From positions 1 through 48,047 of the IMG/VR virus record IMGVR_UViG_3300036790_000104: a DNA stretch of 48,047 nt. One strand, written 5' to 3'. The notes under the pieces were generated by a model. It did no database searches. It was not told the origin of the DNA and saw nothing but the letters and a program-made list of their open reading frames with translations. Origin of the DNA: a virus. Lineage: Duplodnaviria; Caudoviricetes. The position numbers were made by a program, and so were the translations under genes. Shown here piece after piece: positions 27,590-37,752 of the stretch; positions within the stretch are counted from its first letter, which is position 1, and each line of letters opens with the position of its first letter.

Positions 27590-29161
27590 TTAGATATTAA
27601 CTGAAATTGCAACAGGGATTGTCACGGTTGTTTTACTTCCGGCAGAGTCGGTTACAACACAAGAGGCTGTGCCAACAACTTGAGGTGTTCCTGTTTTGGT
27701 AAAAACTTGTGTAACATTAGTTGAGAACACGTTATTATTCCCTGTTTGACTAGACATCTGAATAGCTGGATTACTAATAGTCCAAGCATAGGTATATGGA
27801 GTTATCCCGCCTCTAGGTAGAATGGTTACCTGAACCCCTCCTCGGACAACTGCAACATTAGATACTGCAGTTAGAGCGGTTATGCCACTAACAGTGGCCC
27901 CTCCGCTTATTGTTAAAGTGATTGTAATTGTATCCTGTGATGCAGAGGAAGAATCAGTTGTTGGAGAGATATATAGCTGTCCTCCGACAGCAACAGCTGC
28001 ATATACAACCCCTGCACCCGATGTCGTCACCATTATATCCTTTGCCACTTGGGTTAAAAAAGCATTTAATGATACGAAACTCGATAAAGCGCGCGTGGTA
28101 GTATCAATATTACCATTAGCCGCGGAGGCAATGTTTGTTATCGAGATGGCACCGCCCGAAGGGGCGGTAAAAATAAAGGAACAATTTTCAACACAAACTC
28201 CACCGTCGTTATTTGAAGAATTTGTTGATTGAATAGCGACAGGGTAACCGTTAGGTGTAGCACCCGCTGGAGCGAAAAGAGACAAAACATTTCCATTAGC
28301 TAAGGCTGAATACCCACCGTTTGAACCAATATTAGCATTAATGTTCGCAGCTAAGTTTGCCGCTAATGAGGAGGGATCGTTTGTTGAATTGACCACAGCA
28401 GATAACAAATTATTCAAACCACCAGGGCCAAAATACCCCACTATAGAAACTTGAGCTAACGGAGAACCTGTTCCTTGATTGCAAGCTAAGATTGTAATTG
28501 AGCCAATAGCAGCACCCGCGTTTGTTGATGATACAGCAACGTTTTCTTGAAAGGCAGTGATAACCCCTGCGGCGGTTGTTGTTGTAGTTGTTGCTGTATA
28601 ATTATCACCATTTGTGCCAGTGATTATAACGGTTGAACTTGTGCCACCGATGGCTGCGGTGTAGTTTGTAGTGGTAGAGTTAATCAAAGCCACCAACTCA
28701 CTAGCTTGATCGGAAGATAAAAACAAACCGGAAAGCACAAACCCCGTGGTGAAATCGGGAATCAAAACTCCATTGTAAAAGCAAAAGGTTCCATTGACTC
28801 CGAAGGTGGCAACAGCAAATGGTAGGTTGTTAAATAATGTAGCTCCGACTAACTTCGTCATGGCTGTTGCCATACCGTAAGGGGAGAGGAGTTGTTGGTA
28901 AGTGAAACCCGCAGGCATGGCCGGTGCAGCAATAGACCCAAAAGCATACTGTGTCGATAAACCTGCAAGTCCCAAAAACACATTAGCGGGCATCGCTGTC
29001 TTAACAAACGCCTTCCTTTTCTCAATCTCAGCGCCTTGGTTAATGTGACAATCCACCGCACGGAGCAAGGTGCCGGGCTGTGACGTCAGCTCGCTCCGTC
29101 GTGCATCTAATCCAAAACGAAAGTTCTGGATTGTCAAATAACCTGTTTTAGTTCCAGCCAT
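27590..29161 (-). CDS. tail nozzle N-terminal part with beta-sandwich insertion
   Basis: YLTIQNFRFGLDARR...CHINQGAEIEKRKAF resembles podovirus nozzle N-termini; T/S/G-rich remainder. Confidence 0.7.
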   Translation of the reverse strand: MAGTKTGYLTIQNFRFGLDARRSELTSQPGTLLRAVDCHINQGAEIEKRKAFVKTAMPANVFLGLAGLSTQYAFGSIAAPAMPAGFTYQQLLSPYGMATAMTKLVGATLFNNLPFAVATFGVNGTFCFYNGVLIPDFTTGFVLSGLFLSSDQASELVALINSTTTNYTAAIGGTSSTVIITGTNGDNYTATTTTTTAAGVITAFQENVAVSSTNAGAAIGSITILACNQGTGSPLAQVSIVGYFGPGGLNNLLSAVVNSTNDPSSLAANLAANINANIGSNGGYSALANGNVLSLFAPAGATPNGYPVAIQSTNSSNNDGGVCVENCSFIFTAPSGGAISITNIASAANGNIDTTTRALSSFVSLNAFLTQVAKDIMVTTSGAGVVYAAVAVGGQLYISPTTDSSSASQDTITITLTISGGATVSGITALTAVSNVAVVRGGVQVTILPRGGITPYTYAWTISNPAIQMSSQTGNNNVFSTNVTQVFTKTGTPQVVGTASCVVTDSAGSKTTVTIPVAISVNI

Positions 29162-29163
29162 AA

Positions 29164-29188
29164 GTAAGTTTCACTTTGTGAATATTAC
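29164..29188 (-). promoter_or_regulatory. 25-bp palindromic site 7
   Basis: GTAAGTTTCACTTTGTGAATATTAC filling the intergenic gap. Confidence 0.9.
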
Positions 29189-29190
29189 TT

Positions 29191-29379
29191 CTATCCAAGC
29201 CATTCCGGTACTTTACCGGCGGCAATCAACGCTGCAACCCATGCTTCATCCTCAGCCGCAGTCCAGGCGGCGTCTTGACTCAGTGTTGTTTTTGTTTTGA
29301 CGATATACTCGTAGAGGTCTTCACCTGCATTTAACAAGGAAGGCAAAGCCTCAATGAAAACTGGAATTAGTGCGGCCAT
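29191..29379 (-). CDS. small hypothetical protein in lysis-like cassette
   Basis: 62-aa amphipathic ORF. Confidence 0.6.
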   Translation of the reverse strand: MAALIPVFIEALPSLLNAGEDLYEYIVKTKTTLSQDAAWTAAEDEAWVAALIAAGKVPEWLG

Positions 29380-29383
29380 AAGT

Positions 29384-29800
29384 TTAAAATCCGTTGGTTA
29401 AAGATTGGTATTGTTGAATTTGGATAACAGTGGTGGAGAGGACATTGACCGCGGTTATTAACGCATTGGAGGTGGTAGTTCCTGCCACATAAGCCAGTTT
29501 GATTTGATCAACAGATAAGATGGTGGCGATACCCAACGGCACCATAATACCCTTCTGACTTTGAACCGGAGTTCTCAGATGTTGTGCAAAGGCGTGAGCC
29601 GCCGTCCACGATGGTGCCAACTTTGAGTTAGCATTGATTGTATCATCGAGTTTGAGAAATGTGTCCAATATTGAATATGTTTGGGTTTCAACCTGTTCAG
29701 TCCGCACAACTATCGGGTCTTGACCGGGTAGCAACTTTGCACATCCAATGATCCCAATAGTCAACAAACCAACTCCCAATATAACCAACTGTCCTTTCAC
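29384..29800 (-). CDS. lipoprotein (possible spanin-like)
   Basis: signal peptide II MKGQLVILGVGLLTIGIIG-C. Confidence 0.65.
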   Translation of the reverse strand: MKGQLVILGVGLLTIGIIGCAKLLPGQDPIVVRTEQVETQTYSILDTFLKLDDTINANSKLAPSWTAAHAFAQHLRTPVQSQKGIMVPLGIATILSVDQIKLAYVAGTTTSNALITAVNVLSTTVIQIQQYQSLTNGF

Positions 29801-30063
29801 TTTCCACCTCCAACTTCTGCCGGCTGTTCTGCTTGAGGAGGGTTTGTTGACCCAGGTTGTGCGGACAAGACCGCGCCTGATTGGTCTCGACTTGCTGATG
29901 TTGTCGATTTGTGTCCAAAATGTCCAATGGCCGCTTCAAGGGCACCTTCGACTTTGACCAACACCGGGTCAACAACTCCCGCAGGAAGGCCGATTTGTGT
30001 TTGAATGACCTTTTCAAGCACTGTGTTAATATCACTAATAACTTCTGTTTCTATTGCGTTCAT
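29797..30063 (-). CDS. hypothetical protein
   Basis: 88-aa ORF with A-rich leader, coupled to the lipoprotein gene. Confidence 0.6.
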   Translation of the reverse strand: MNAIETEVISDINTVLEKVIQTQIGLPAGVVDPVLVKVEGALEAAIGHFGHKSTTSASRDQSGAVLSAQPGSTNPPQAEQPAEVGGGK

Positions 30064-30087
30064 TTTTTTGTTTATTGTTTTGTTATT

Positions 30088-30369
30088 TTACTTTCTGAAA
30101 ACATCCATTACCCAATGAATAAATCCACCAATTGCCGTCACACCGACAACCGCGCCGATAACCTTTTTTCTATCGCCTTCAAGAGAATCCAAACGTTCGG
30201 TATTACTCTTATGTCGAGCATCGTCAACTTCCTCGTGCTTATTGAAGCGGTCCATAAACTCTGTGTGATGATCGGCCTGTTTTCGTTCCATCGACTCTAA
30301 TTTTGTAAGCACTGCTCCAAACATATAGTTTGAAGAATTAGGGTTTATTTCATCGTTTTTGTTTGGCAT
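30088..30369 (-). CDS. coiled-coil + C-terminal TM protein (holin/XhlA-like)
   Basis: heptads then VIGAVVGVTAIGGFIHWV. Confidence 0.55.
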   Translation of the reverse strand: MPNKNDEINPNSSNYMFGAVLTKLESMERKQADHHTEFMDRFNKHEEVDDARHKSNTERLDSLEGDRKKVIGAVVGVTAIGGFIHWVMDVFRK

Positions 30370-30377
30370 GGGTATTT

Positions 30378-31931
30378 TTATTTAACGATAATTAGACCAC
30401 CTCCGCTTACTGAAATTGAACCGCCGCCGTTAATGGCGGCTTGGGTTGCAGAAGCCACCTGATACGCGCCAATCGTCCACGGCGGCGTTCGAGCCGCGCC
30501 CGATAAATCAGCGGTGAAACCCGCCAACGTCGCAGCCGCCCCAATTGCCGCGCTGCCTGTCTGCGGCTGGAACGACGAATTAAGCAGCGGATTGCCTTGA
30601 ACGATGTGTGTCTCACGCCCCAACGCCTGCCAAGCGGCAAGAGATTGAGGGCTTGATGACATTCCCGTCCCAGCAGCAAAAGTCGCCCCAGACGTAATGC
30701 CAAACACAAGATCGTAGTCCTCGCTGACCGTGTTGTTCGTGGAATAAAATTGCGCGACCGCTGTAAACACCCCGTCGAAAATGCAGTTTGAGATGCAGTA
30801 GTTTGGATTGTGGACTGCCGGAAAAGCATCATCCGACAAATCTCCAACGTTAACCGCCGTGTTATTGTTCCCGCTACCTTGGAAAGTGTCGTTAAAAATC
30901 CCGACTGTATAATGAGCGGTTTCGTAAGCAATTTGCGCGAATAGCTGTGCAGTGCCTGCACCTGAGCCGTCCGTCGCGTCAAATATATCATTTATCACCA
31001 GAGCATTCGCCACGTTCCCCTTGATGAAACATTGGCTCGTTTGAAAAGACCCGCCAAGGCCCCCGCCAAAATGAGTGGCGCATATCACCGTGTTGGTGTT
31101 CGTTCCTCCATTTGCTGTGAAAACGTAAACCTCATTGTGATGATTATTATCCGCTGGATCGTTCCAGATAGACTGCGAGTGGAAATAGTCGTTGCTGATG
31201 GTCAGACCGTCCAGAAATCCGTTAGCCAGATCGCTGACCTGACAACACCAGTTGCAGTTGTAAGACTCCGAATTTACAAACTTCCAGTTCTTTGCCGTCG
31301 GTCCAAACGCGCCTCCGAAGCCGATTGACGAATCGTGCGTCAAAACGTTGCTCACGAGAATATTTTGACTGCCAAGTCCACCACCGTCAGACACATAAAT
31401 GCAACTCCCAGAAGATGAATCGCTTTCTTGATTTTGAACCGCCAAGTAAATATTTGTGACAGCAATATTTTGAACGGTGAAATTAGTGCAACTCTCAATT
31501 GCAATGCCGTTGCAAGGGTTCCCGTGGGCTAATCCGAACCCAGTCGCCGTGCAGTAAATTGCTCCATTGTTGGTGCCACCGCCGTCGATGACAATGTCAT
31601 GTTTGTTTTGCGCGACAATAGCCTGAGTTGGCCCCCATGTTGGAGCAGACATGGTTGCACCGGTATCGAATTGTATCGTGATCGGGTTGCCCGTGCTGCC
31701 GCTCCCAAGGATGCTGAATGCCGTGGTGATGTTGCCTTCCAACATCACGGTAACACCGGGGCCGACTTGCCCACCCCCGCTCCCCCAGTTTCCAGAAGTT
31801 GTCAGGAATGTGACGGGGTAATCGTTGCCTGCGCTTGTGCCGTTTTGCGAGCCTGCGCCGGTCTGGGAGACGTAAATCGCGCCTGAAACCATCTGCGTCA
31901 CCAAAAGAATGAATAGTAACAGGCGATTCAT
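30378..31931 (-). CDS. pectin-lyase-like parallel beta-helix protein with signal peptide
   Basis: MNRLLLFILLVTQMVSG-AIYVSQ, GPGVTV, GNPITI, repeated strand/Asn ladders, GSAAIGA...WTIGAYQ. Confidence 0.8.
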   Translation of the reverse strand: MNRLLLFILLVTQMVSGAIYVSQTGAGSQNGTSAGNDYPVTFLTTSGNWGSGGGQVGPGVTVMLEGNITTAFSILGSGSTGNPITIQFDTGATMSAPTWGPTQAIVAQNKHDIVIDGGGTNNGAIYCTATGFGLAHGNPCNGIAIESCTNFTVQNIAVTNIYLAVQNQESDSSSGSCIYVSDGGGLGSQNILVSNVLTHDSSIGFGGAFGPTAKNWKFVNSESYNCNWCCQVSDLANGFLDGLTISNDYFHSQSIWNDPADNNHHNEVYVFTANGGTNTNTVICATHFGGGLGGSFQTSQCFIKGNVANALVINDIFDATDGSGAGTAQLFAQIAYETAHYTVGIFNDTFQGSGNNNTAVNVGDLSDDAFPAVHNPNYCISNCIFDGVFTAVAQFYSTNNTVSEDYDLVFGITSGATFAAGTGMSSSPQSLAAWQALGRETHIVQGNPLLNSSFQPQTGSAAIGAAATLAGFTADLSGAARTPPWTIGAYQVASATQAAINGGGSISVSGGGLIIVK

Positions 31932-32824
31932 TGCGATGGCCCTTGCGCGAATAATGCCGCGATTTGAGTCGGAGTCAGGACTTGCATCCAGACCTCAACC
32001 GATTTCATATTCCCGCCGAAAAAGTCCATCCCCCCGCCCGATCCCATCGCTCCAAGCCAAAGCTGAGAGGGCGTTATGGAAGGCCCGCTCGTGCCGCTTC
32101 CTTTTGAGACGCCGTTGATGTAAAGATTCCAATTGCCTGAAGCGTCGTAAGTCATCGCAATGTGTTCAAAGGCGGCTATGCCGATAGCTATTGGTGAAGT
32201 TGTTCCTATGTCCGCCACGAATTGTTTCACTAGATCGAGATAGCCCGTTGTGGTTGTAACTCGAAGCTCCATTGCGCCGTCACTTGCCCCACCAAAATAC
32301 GCGCCTTGATTATAGCTCGCTTGAAAAACCCACGCGCTGTAAGTCACAGGAGGAGTTTGTAAGACGGAAGAAGTGCCGCCTGTGATTTTGGCGACGGCAG
32401 AAGAGCCGTTGAAAACAAGCGAGCCTACAGCCCACGAAAAACCGCCGCTTAACACCCCGCTATATCCATTGCCGCTGGAATCGTTTATTGTTGACCCTCC
32501 GTTCTCATCCATTTTCCAGAACGCCGCCGGGGCAGGCAAATTTGTAGAAGTGTTCGTTCCATTGGAAAGACTCAACGGAATCGGCCCGGAGAACGGCTGC
32601 GCATTTGCACTAGCACACAAGAGCAACAATAAAACGAGTGGCCGATTGAAAACATTCCGCTTGAGCCATAGCCAAAATATTCCCGCCCACAAGCCAAGCG
32701 CAATCAGGCCAGAGCGCAACCACCATTGGTTAATTTCCTTTGGCGCAGCCAGACCGGGATTGGCCTTCTCAAACGCCTCGATCTCTTGCGGTGTGGGGTT
32801 CTCGTTCATTTCTGCCAAGTCCAT
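31928..32824 (-). CDS. LamG/concanavalin-A-like lectin-domain protein
   Basis: FWKMDENGGSTINDSSGNG, TYSAWV, HIAMTYD, LYING, VLTPTQIAALF. Confidence 0.85.
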   Translation of the reverse strand: MDLAEMNENPTPQEIEAFEKANPGLAAPKEINQWWLRSGLIALGLWAGIFWLWLKRNVFNRPLVLLLLLCASANAQPFSGPIPLSLSNGTNTSTNLPAPAAFWKMDENGGSTINDSSGNGYSGVLSGGFSWAVGSLVFNGSSAVAKITGGTSSVLQTPPVTYSAWVFQASYNQGAYFGGASDGAMELRVTTTTGYLDLVKQFVADIGTTSPIAIGIAAFEHIAMTYDASGNWNLYINGVSKGSGTSGPSITPSQLWLGAMGSGGGMDFFGGNMKSVEVWMQVLTPTQIAALFAQGPSQ

Positions 32825-35800
32825 CTAACGGTTCCATCAATTGTATAATTTACAGGATTTATATTTGCGTCGGTTGCTGATATTGCAACCCCTGTCGAGT
32901 TGCAGGCTGCGGTGATTGTAGGAGCATTGGGGCCAACCCAAGTCGGGGCAACCAGCGTGGCGACTGCAAAGTTAGGGGGACAATTTGAGAATACAGCGAA
33001 CCCATCGGTAAGAGTTTCGCACATATCAGCCCCGCCTTTGTCCGTGCCCTGAACGTGAAACTTGATCGAGAAAATTCCGTTCGTCCCATTACCAAGAGTT
33101 TGAAACCAAGCATTGCTGAGAATCATCCCTGCTGTGGAAATTGTAATGGTGTTGGTCTGCGCAAACGTGCCAACGTAATTTGATGGTGAAGCTGTTGAGA
33201 AACTACTATTAAATTCGTTGCTCGTGATGTAAGTCAAGAGCGGTGGAGCGAACATGTTCGGTTCCAAGTCAAACATGGCTTGATCGGGGCCTCCTGGCCC
33301 AATGTATCTATATTTATAGCGCGTTGTAAAACCACCGTTCGCACTACTACTGGTAAATTGGTATGCCAAAGTATTATTGGCTTGAACCGTTACTGAGGTC
33401 GATGATAAATCTAATTGCGTCCCACTTGGGCCTGTTTGAACCGCTATTCCACCCGCGCTTTGAATCGCCAATTGGTTGGCGGCATTGGTAATCCCTGTTG
33501 CACCATAAGCCATGTTCCCAATGATGATCGACTGAGTGGGAGGAAGCAGGCGCATGATGACATTTGTTGCGCCACTCGCCGAAATAAACGCCTGAATGTC
33601 CATTTCATAAAGTGACAAAGCCATTCCTGGTGCATATGTCGGAAACTGATAACCAGCAGCCCAACCTTGCGGTGTAACATTAAGTGTATTATTGCTGGCG
33701 AAAGATAAATAGCTTGCGGTTAAATTCTGCTGATTTGTGCTATAAAAAGTGACCCGTGTAAATGCCACTGTGTTTGTAACCAACCCAACCATGTTTGAAA
33801 AACACAGCGAATTTGAGAGGGAGCCAAGGAAGTAAAGATTCGTAGAAAAATTAACGACAAAATTTGTCGTGTTCGCTCCGTTCCCTGAATTGTGTGATCC
33901 TGCCCCATCGTAAGTCCCGACACCCCAAACCAATTGGTTTGTGTCAATATTAGTCGTTACGAAAGTGCCAAAAAATCCCGTGGTTGCGGTAATCGTGCTC
34001 GCAGTTAATGCCCCCGAAAAATTGGCGTTTGTTCCAATGAAATTACTGGTCGTGATTGACCCATTCGGCCCCGTCTGAATGTTCATCGTGTAAAACAACC
34101 CATTCGTCGTCATGTAAGCCATGACCGTCCCGGCCGTGTTTGTGAAGATCACGGTGTTCGTCGGCTGCGTTCCGACGTAAGTAAACGTCATCGCCCCGCC
34201 ATTCCCGGAAGCATAGTGGACGATATTGGTCAACGAGGCCCCTGCGTCGATGTTGGTCGTTCCTGCATAACTAGCGAATTGCTTGCTGAATGTTGGCCCT
34301 ATGCCCGAAGGAATATCCGCCGCAACCAATGCCCTGAATGTCGGCGCAACCGCCCCTCCCGAAGTCGGCCCGGCCAGCACGGTGTTCGCGGTCTGAGTCT
34401 TGATCGTGGCGGTGACAGTCCCCGTCGTCGTGACCGCGCTGGACGGGGTTGAACTGTCCACAACGCCATCCCCGGTGAATGTCACGCTGGTCACTGTGCC
34501 GGAGCTTCCACCACCACTCCCCGCGCCGTTCGGGCCGATGAGATAAATCTGGCAATAATTCGAGGACTGCCAGTTCGTTCCAGTCACATAAATTTGAAGC
34601 GTCCACACTCCGTTTGTTAACGGTGTTCCATTGGTCAGCCCCGCCGCCAATGAGCCGGGACTCCACCCCCCGGCAAACGACAATGGATAAGAAGAAGCAT
34701 TCGTAACGGAGAAAACATATTTGACCCAATTCGCCGAAGCCTGCATGACGGATTGAAAAGTGTTCGATAGGCACAGCCCATTGGTCAGTATCCAATTGTA
34801 AAAATTGGTTCGGAAATCAACGATGACATTCGTGTTTCCGATTGACCCAATATTCCCCGCACCGTCGTATTCCTGTGCATAAATCAGGCCGTTGGTTGCC
34901 GTGGTATAAACCAGATTTGTTGACTGAACAATACCTGATGCCCCCGCGGCTAAAGACCCACTCCATGAAACATTGGTCAAAAAACTTGGCACAACCGATA
35001 TTGTAAACAGCAAAATCGAGTGCGATGGGATGTTTGCAGTCAGTCCGTTGGTCGTCCACAGGTTTGTCCACGTCAAAGGGAAGCTGGCGGTAATCGCGCT
35101 GCCGCTTGTGTTGCTAACCAATACGCCAAGCTCATTCCAAGCAATCGGAGTCAACGAACTGTTCTCCAGCCCCCCGGGATTTCCAAACGAAAAACTTGCA
35201 CCTGAAAAGTTCGTCTGATATCGAGTACCAAATGTTGGCGTTATAACCCCGCCCAGAGTCGAGGCCGCGCCAAGAGTGTAAAAAGTATTTCCAAGATAGT
35301 GCTTTCCAAGAAAGTCTGCGGTGTTTGACGACCACGAATATCTCCCAAACAATCCAGGGTATTGGCTATCCGTATCGAACCACCCTGAAAAAGTTAAATA
35401 TCCTTGCGTCAAATATTGCTGGATTATCAAGTTTGCGCCAACAGATGTCGGGCCGTTGGTGCTCGTTTTGAAGACATTCGTCCCATTATCGGTAATGGTT
35501 ATCGAATTGAGCGTTTGAGCATTAGTTCCAGTTCCGGAGACCCCGTTTGAAACGGTCAGCGTCGGTGTCGTCACGTTTGCGGTCGCCGCTACTGTTGCCA
35601 CGTTTGTAAGACTGAAGCCTACCCCGTTTTCATTATTTGTCCAAGGGGTTTGAGAACCCGAACCCCCTTCACCCCCTGTCACCCCACCAATATACACAAT
35701 CGGCCCCGTTGAGTTCGTCACCTTAATCGTTCCGTCCTGATTTGTAACCTGAACAATAATTCCATGAAAGTTTGTAACAGATGGAATATTTGTTACAGCA

Positions 35801-36126
35801 AACTGCCACAACTGCCAGAGGGAGTAGGTGTTTGTGTCGATGGGACAAAGGATTGGGATGGTGTCAGGAACAGGACCAAAAGTGGTAGTATATGCACCGC
35901 CCACCAACCAAGTTGGTGCTAATATACCATTGGTTGCTTTTGCTCCCACTTGCACGGAATAAATAATCTGGCCATTGGTAGCAAGAAAAGGAGTTTGAAC
36001 TGGGTTGAAGTTGACATTTATATCCTTCGACTTCAACCCCACTGATGGTGCAAACCCATTGGTCACCCATGAGGCGTTAATCTCGAGGGTGCAAAGGATG
36101 AGTAAGATTAAAATAAAACGGCGCAT
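32806..36126 (-). CDS. tail-fibre-like protein with N-terminal signal-like sequence, TN-rich
   Basis: fibre motif GTVTSV...TANTVLAGPTSGGAVAPTFRALVAADIP; MRRFILILLILCTLEINA-S. Confidence 0.7.
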   Translation of the reverse strand: MRRFILILLILCTLEINASWVTNGFAPSVGLKSKDINVNFNPVQTPFLATNGQIIYSVQVGAKATNGILAPTWLVGGAYTTTFGPVPDTIPILCPIDTNTYSLWQLWQFAVTNIPSVTNFHGIIVQVTNQDGTIKVTNSTGPIVYIGGVTGGEGGSGSQTPWTNNENGVGFSLTNVATVAATANVTTPTLTVSNGVSGTGTNAQTLNSITITDNGTNVFKTSTNGPTSVGANLIIQQYLTQGYLTFSGWFDTDSQYPGLFGRYSWSSNTADFLGKHYLGNTFYTLGAASTLGGVITPTFGTRYQTNFSGASFSFGNPGGLENSSLTPIAWNELGVLVSNTSGSAITASFPLTWTNLWTTNGLTANIPSHSILLFTISVVPSFLTNVSWSGSLAAGASGIVQSTNLVYTTATNGLIYAQEYDGAGNIGSIGNTNVIVDFRTNFYNWILTNGLCLSNTFQSVMQASANWVKYVFSVTNASSYPLSFAGGWSPGSLAAGLTNGTPLTNGVWTLQIYVTGTNWQSSNYCQIYLIGPNGAGSGGGSSGTVTSVTFTGDGVVDSSTPSSAVTTTGTVTATIKTQTANTVLAGPTSGGAVAPTFRALVAADIPSGIGPTFSKQFASYAGTTNIDAGASLTNIVHYASGNGGAMTFTYVGTQPTNTVIFTNTAGTVMAYMTTNGLFYTMNIQTGPNGSITTSNFIGTNANFSGALTASTITATTGFFGTFVTTNIDTNQLVWGVGTYDGAGSHNSGNGANTTNFVVNFSTNLYFLGSLSNSLCFSNMVGLVTNTVAFTRVTFYSTNQQNLTASYLSFASNNTLNVTPQGWAAGYQFPTYAPGMALSLYEMDIQAFISASGATNVIMRLLPPTQSIIIGNMAYGATGITNAANQLAIQSAGGIAVQTGPSGTQLDLSSTSVTVQANNTLAYQFTSSSANGGFTTRYKYRYIGPGGPDQAMFDLEPNMFAPPLLTYITSNEFNSSFSTASPSNYVGTFAQTNTITISTAGMILSNAWFQTLGNGTNGIFSIKFHVQGTDKGGADMCETLTDGFAVFSNCPPNFAVATLVAPTWVGPNAPTITAACNSTGVAISATDANINPVNYTIDGTVRWTWQK

Positions 36127-36980
36127 TAGAAGCCAGTGGTAGGTGATACATATCGAGCAACAATATTAGCTGCGTTAGCAACTCCAGCAGTTAATGTTAG
36201 AGCGGTTGTTGATATGTATAAATAACACGAAGAATAGTTAGTGCCAGTGGTTGCATTGTTCTTCCCTAGCGTTCCCTCTCCTTGTTGGAGAAAAGTTTTA
36301 CCTCCACGTATAACATCACCAAAGTTTAATAAGGTAGCGCCGGTAATATTGGTTAAATTGATACTTGCACCTCCAGCTAACGCTAATTTAAAACATGCAA
36401 GAGGAACGTCTCCTGCATTAGGAACAGCACCTGCAAAAATTTGAAGGTAGAGTTGTGCTCCACTTGAATGTCCAAGGTCTTGAATAAGCACATCAAGCAA
36501 AGCATTAGGAGCACTTGGGCCGGCGATAGTGTCTGTCCAAACAGTTAAAGTGTTTGCACTTGCGGCTGAGGTAGTGATGATGGTGTTAAAAAGAGCTGTG
36601 TCTTCTTCGTATTGTTCAACCTCAAGAAAAATATCAACAACATCAGCCGTAGAAGTATATAACCCATCGGTTGAAGATACCGCAAAATAACAAGGGCCAA
36701 CAAGCACAGGTGCCACGTTAGCAAACTGCATTTGAAAGTCGTTGGTAGTGGTTTTACCCGTCACCGTCATCTGCCATTTTGGAACATCAGAAGCAGCAGG
36801 AGCTTTTGCTAGACCTAGGTTAGCACCTGTGTCAATAGATGTTTTATAAATACCAAGGTAAAGAACGGCATTTGTGTTGCCTGTGGCCGCTAATCCATGA
36901 ACACTGGTTAAACGTAACGGTGCTCGACCAAGAGAGAAGCCAGTAGTGGCGTAAGCTGATAATGTTTTTGTTGCACTCAT
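36126..36980 (-). CDS. virion structural protein with two tandem beta domains
   Basis: LYLGIY..APAASDVP..CYFAVSST repeated as LYLQIF..VPNAGDVP..CYLYISTT. Confidence 0.6.
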   Translation of the reverse strand: MSATKTLSAYATTGFSLGRAPLRLTSVHGLAATGNTNAVLYLGIYKTSIDTGANLGLAKAPAASDVPKWQMTVTGKTTTNDFQMQFANVAPVLVGPCYFAVSSTDGLYTSTADVVDIFLEVEQYEEDTALFNTIITTSAASANTLTVWTDTIAGPSAPNALLDVLIQDLGHSSGAQLYLQIFAGAVPNAGDVPLACFKLALAGGASINLTNITGATLLNFGDVIRGGKTFLQQGEGTLGKNNATTGTNYSSCYLYISTTALTLTAGVANAANIVARYVSPTTGF

Positions 36981-36984
36981 ATTT

Positions 36985-37746
36985 TTAGCCGACTAAAATT
37001 TTCTTGATGGGTATGATTTTGTTATATTGCCGAAGTTGGGAATGACCAAAGGCGCATGACATTTCACGCTTGGGATATGATGCACGGATTTGTTGCATCC
37101 GATTTGTGGCACGTGCGAGCACTGATTGGGCGTTACCTTTACCCAACAGCATAAGCTGTTCAGCCGCGGTGTATAACATCACCATCACATCGTCGAGATC
37201 GAGGGTGTTGTCCCATTGAGGGGATATAGATGCAACGGAACCCTCGCCACTTTGAAAAGACAATAAAGGATTCAAAGCGCGTTGGCCTCGAAAACGGATG
37301 GTGGTGGCTGTTTGGGGCACAGGCCACACTTCAAATTGAGTTTCATCAGCAAAACGCCAACGTTGAATAGGGTCAAGGGTTCGGCCTTGGTCGGAGTTGA
37401 TGTAGTTGTATTCTTGTTCCGCTATACCGTATTTGAGATCTTGCCAGTAGTTTGAGAAGAAGGTTTTCACCTGACATGGCCGCTCCATGTTTATAGCGAT
37501 TTGTTGGTTCAACTCATCCACTTGCATAATGGGCAGGGGGAGATAGCGGATACCTCCCCCGTTTCCCACGTCCCAATCGTTTTCCAAAAACGGCCAATCG
37601 AAGATGTCAGCAAGCCAACGTTGTTTCGCTGAGATTTGACAAGCGTATTGGAGGTCGTTGGCGGAAGCAACCCCCACGGTCATACAAGCCGCAAGCTCGG
37701 CTTTGAGCATTGCGACGACGTTTGAGAGTGGGGTGTTACGTGCCAT
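36985..37746 (-). CDS. head-to-tail adaptor (tail tubular protein A-like)
   Basis: FDWPFL, YLPLP, FEVWPVP; position after capsid module. Confidence 0.75.
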   Translation of the reverse strand: MARNTPLSNVVAMLKAELAACMTVGVASANDLQYACQISAKQRWLADIFDWPFLENDWDVGNGGGIRYLPLPIMQVDELNQQIAINMERPCQVKTFFSNYWQDLKYGIAEQEYNYINSDQGRTLDPIQRWRFADETQFEVWPVPQTATTIRFRGQRALNPLLSFQSGEGSVASISPQWDNTLDLDDVMVMLYTAAEQLMLLGKGNAQSVLARATNRMQQIRASYPKREMSCAFGHSQLRQYNKIIPIKKILVG

Positions 37747-37752
37747 GAGGTG

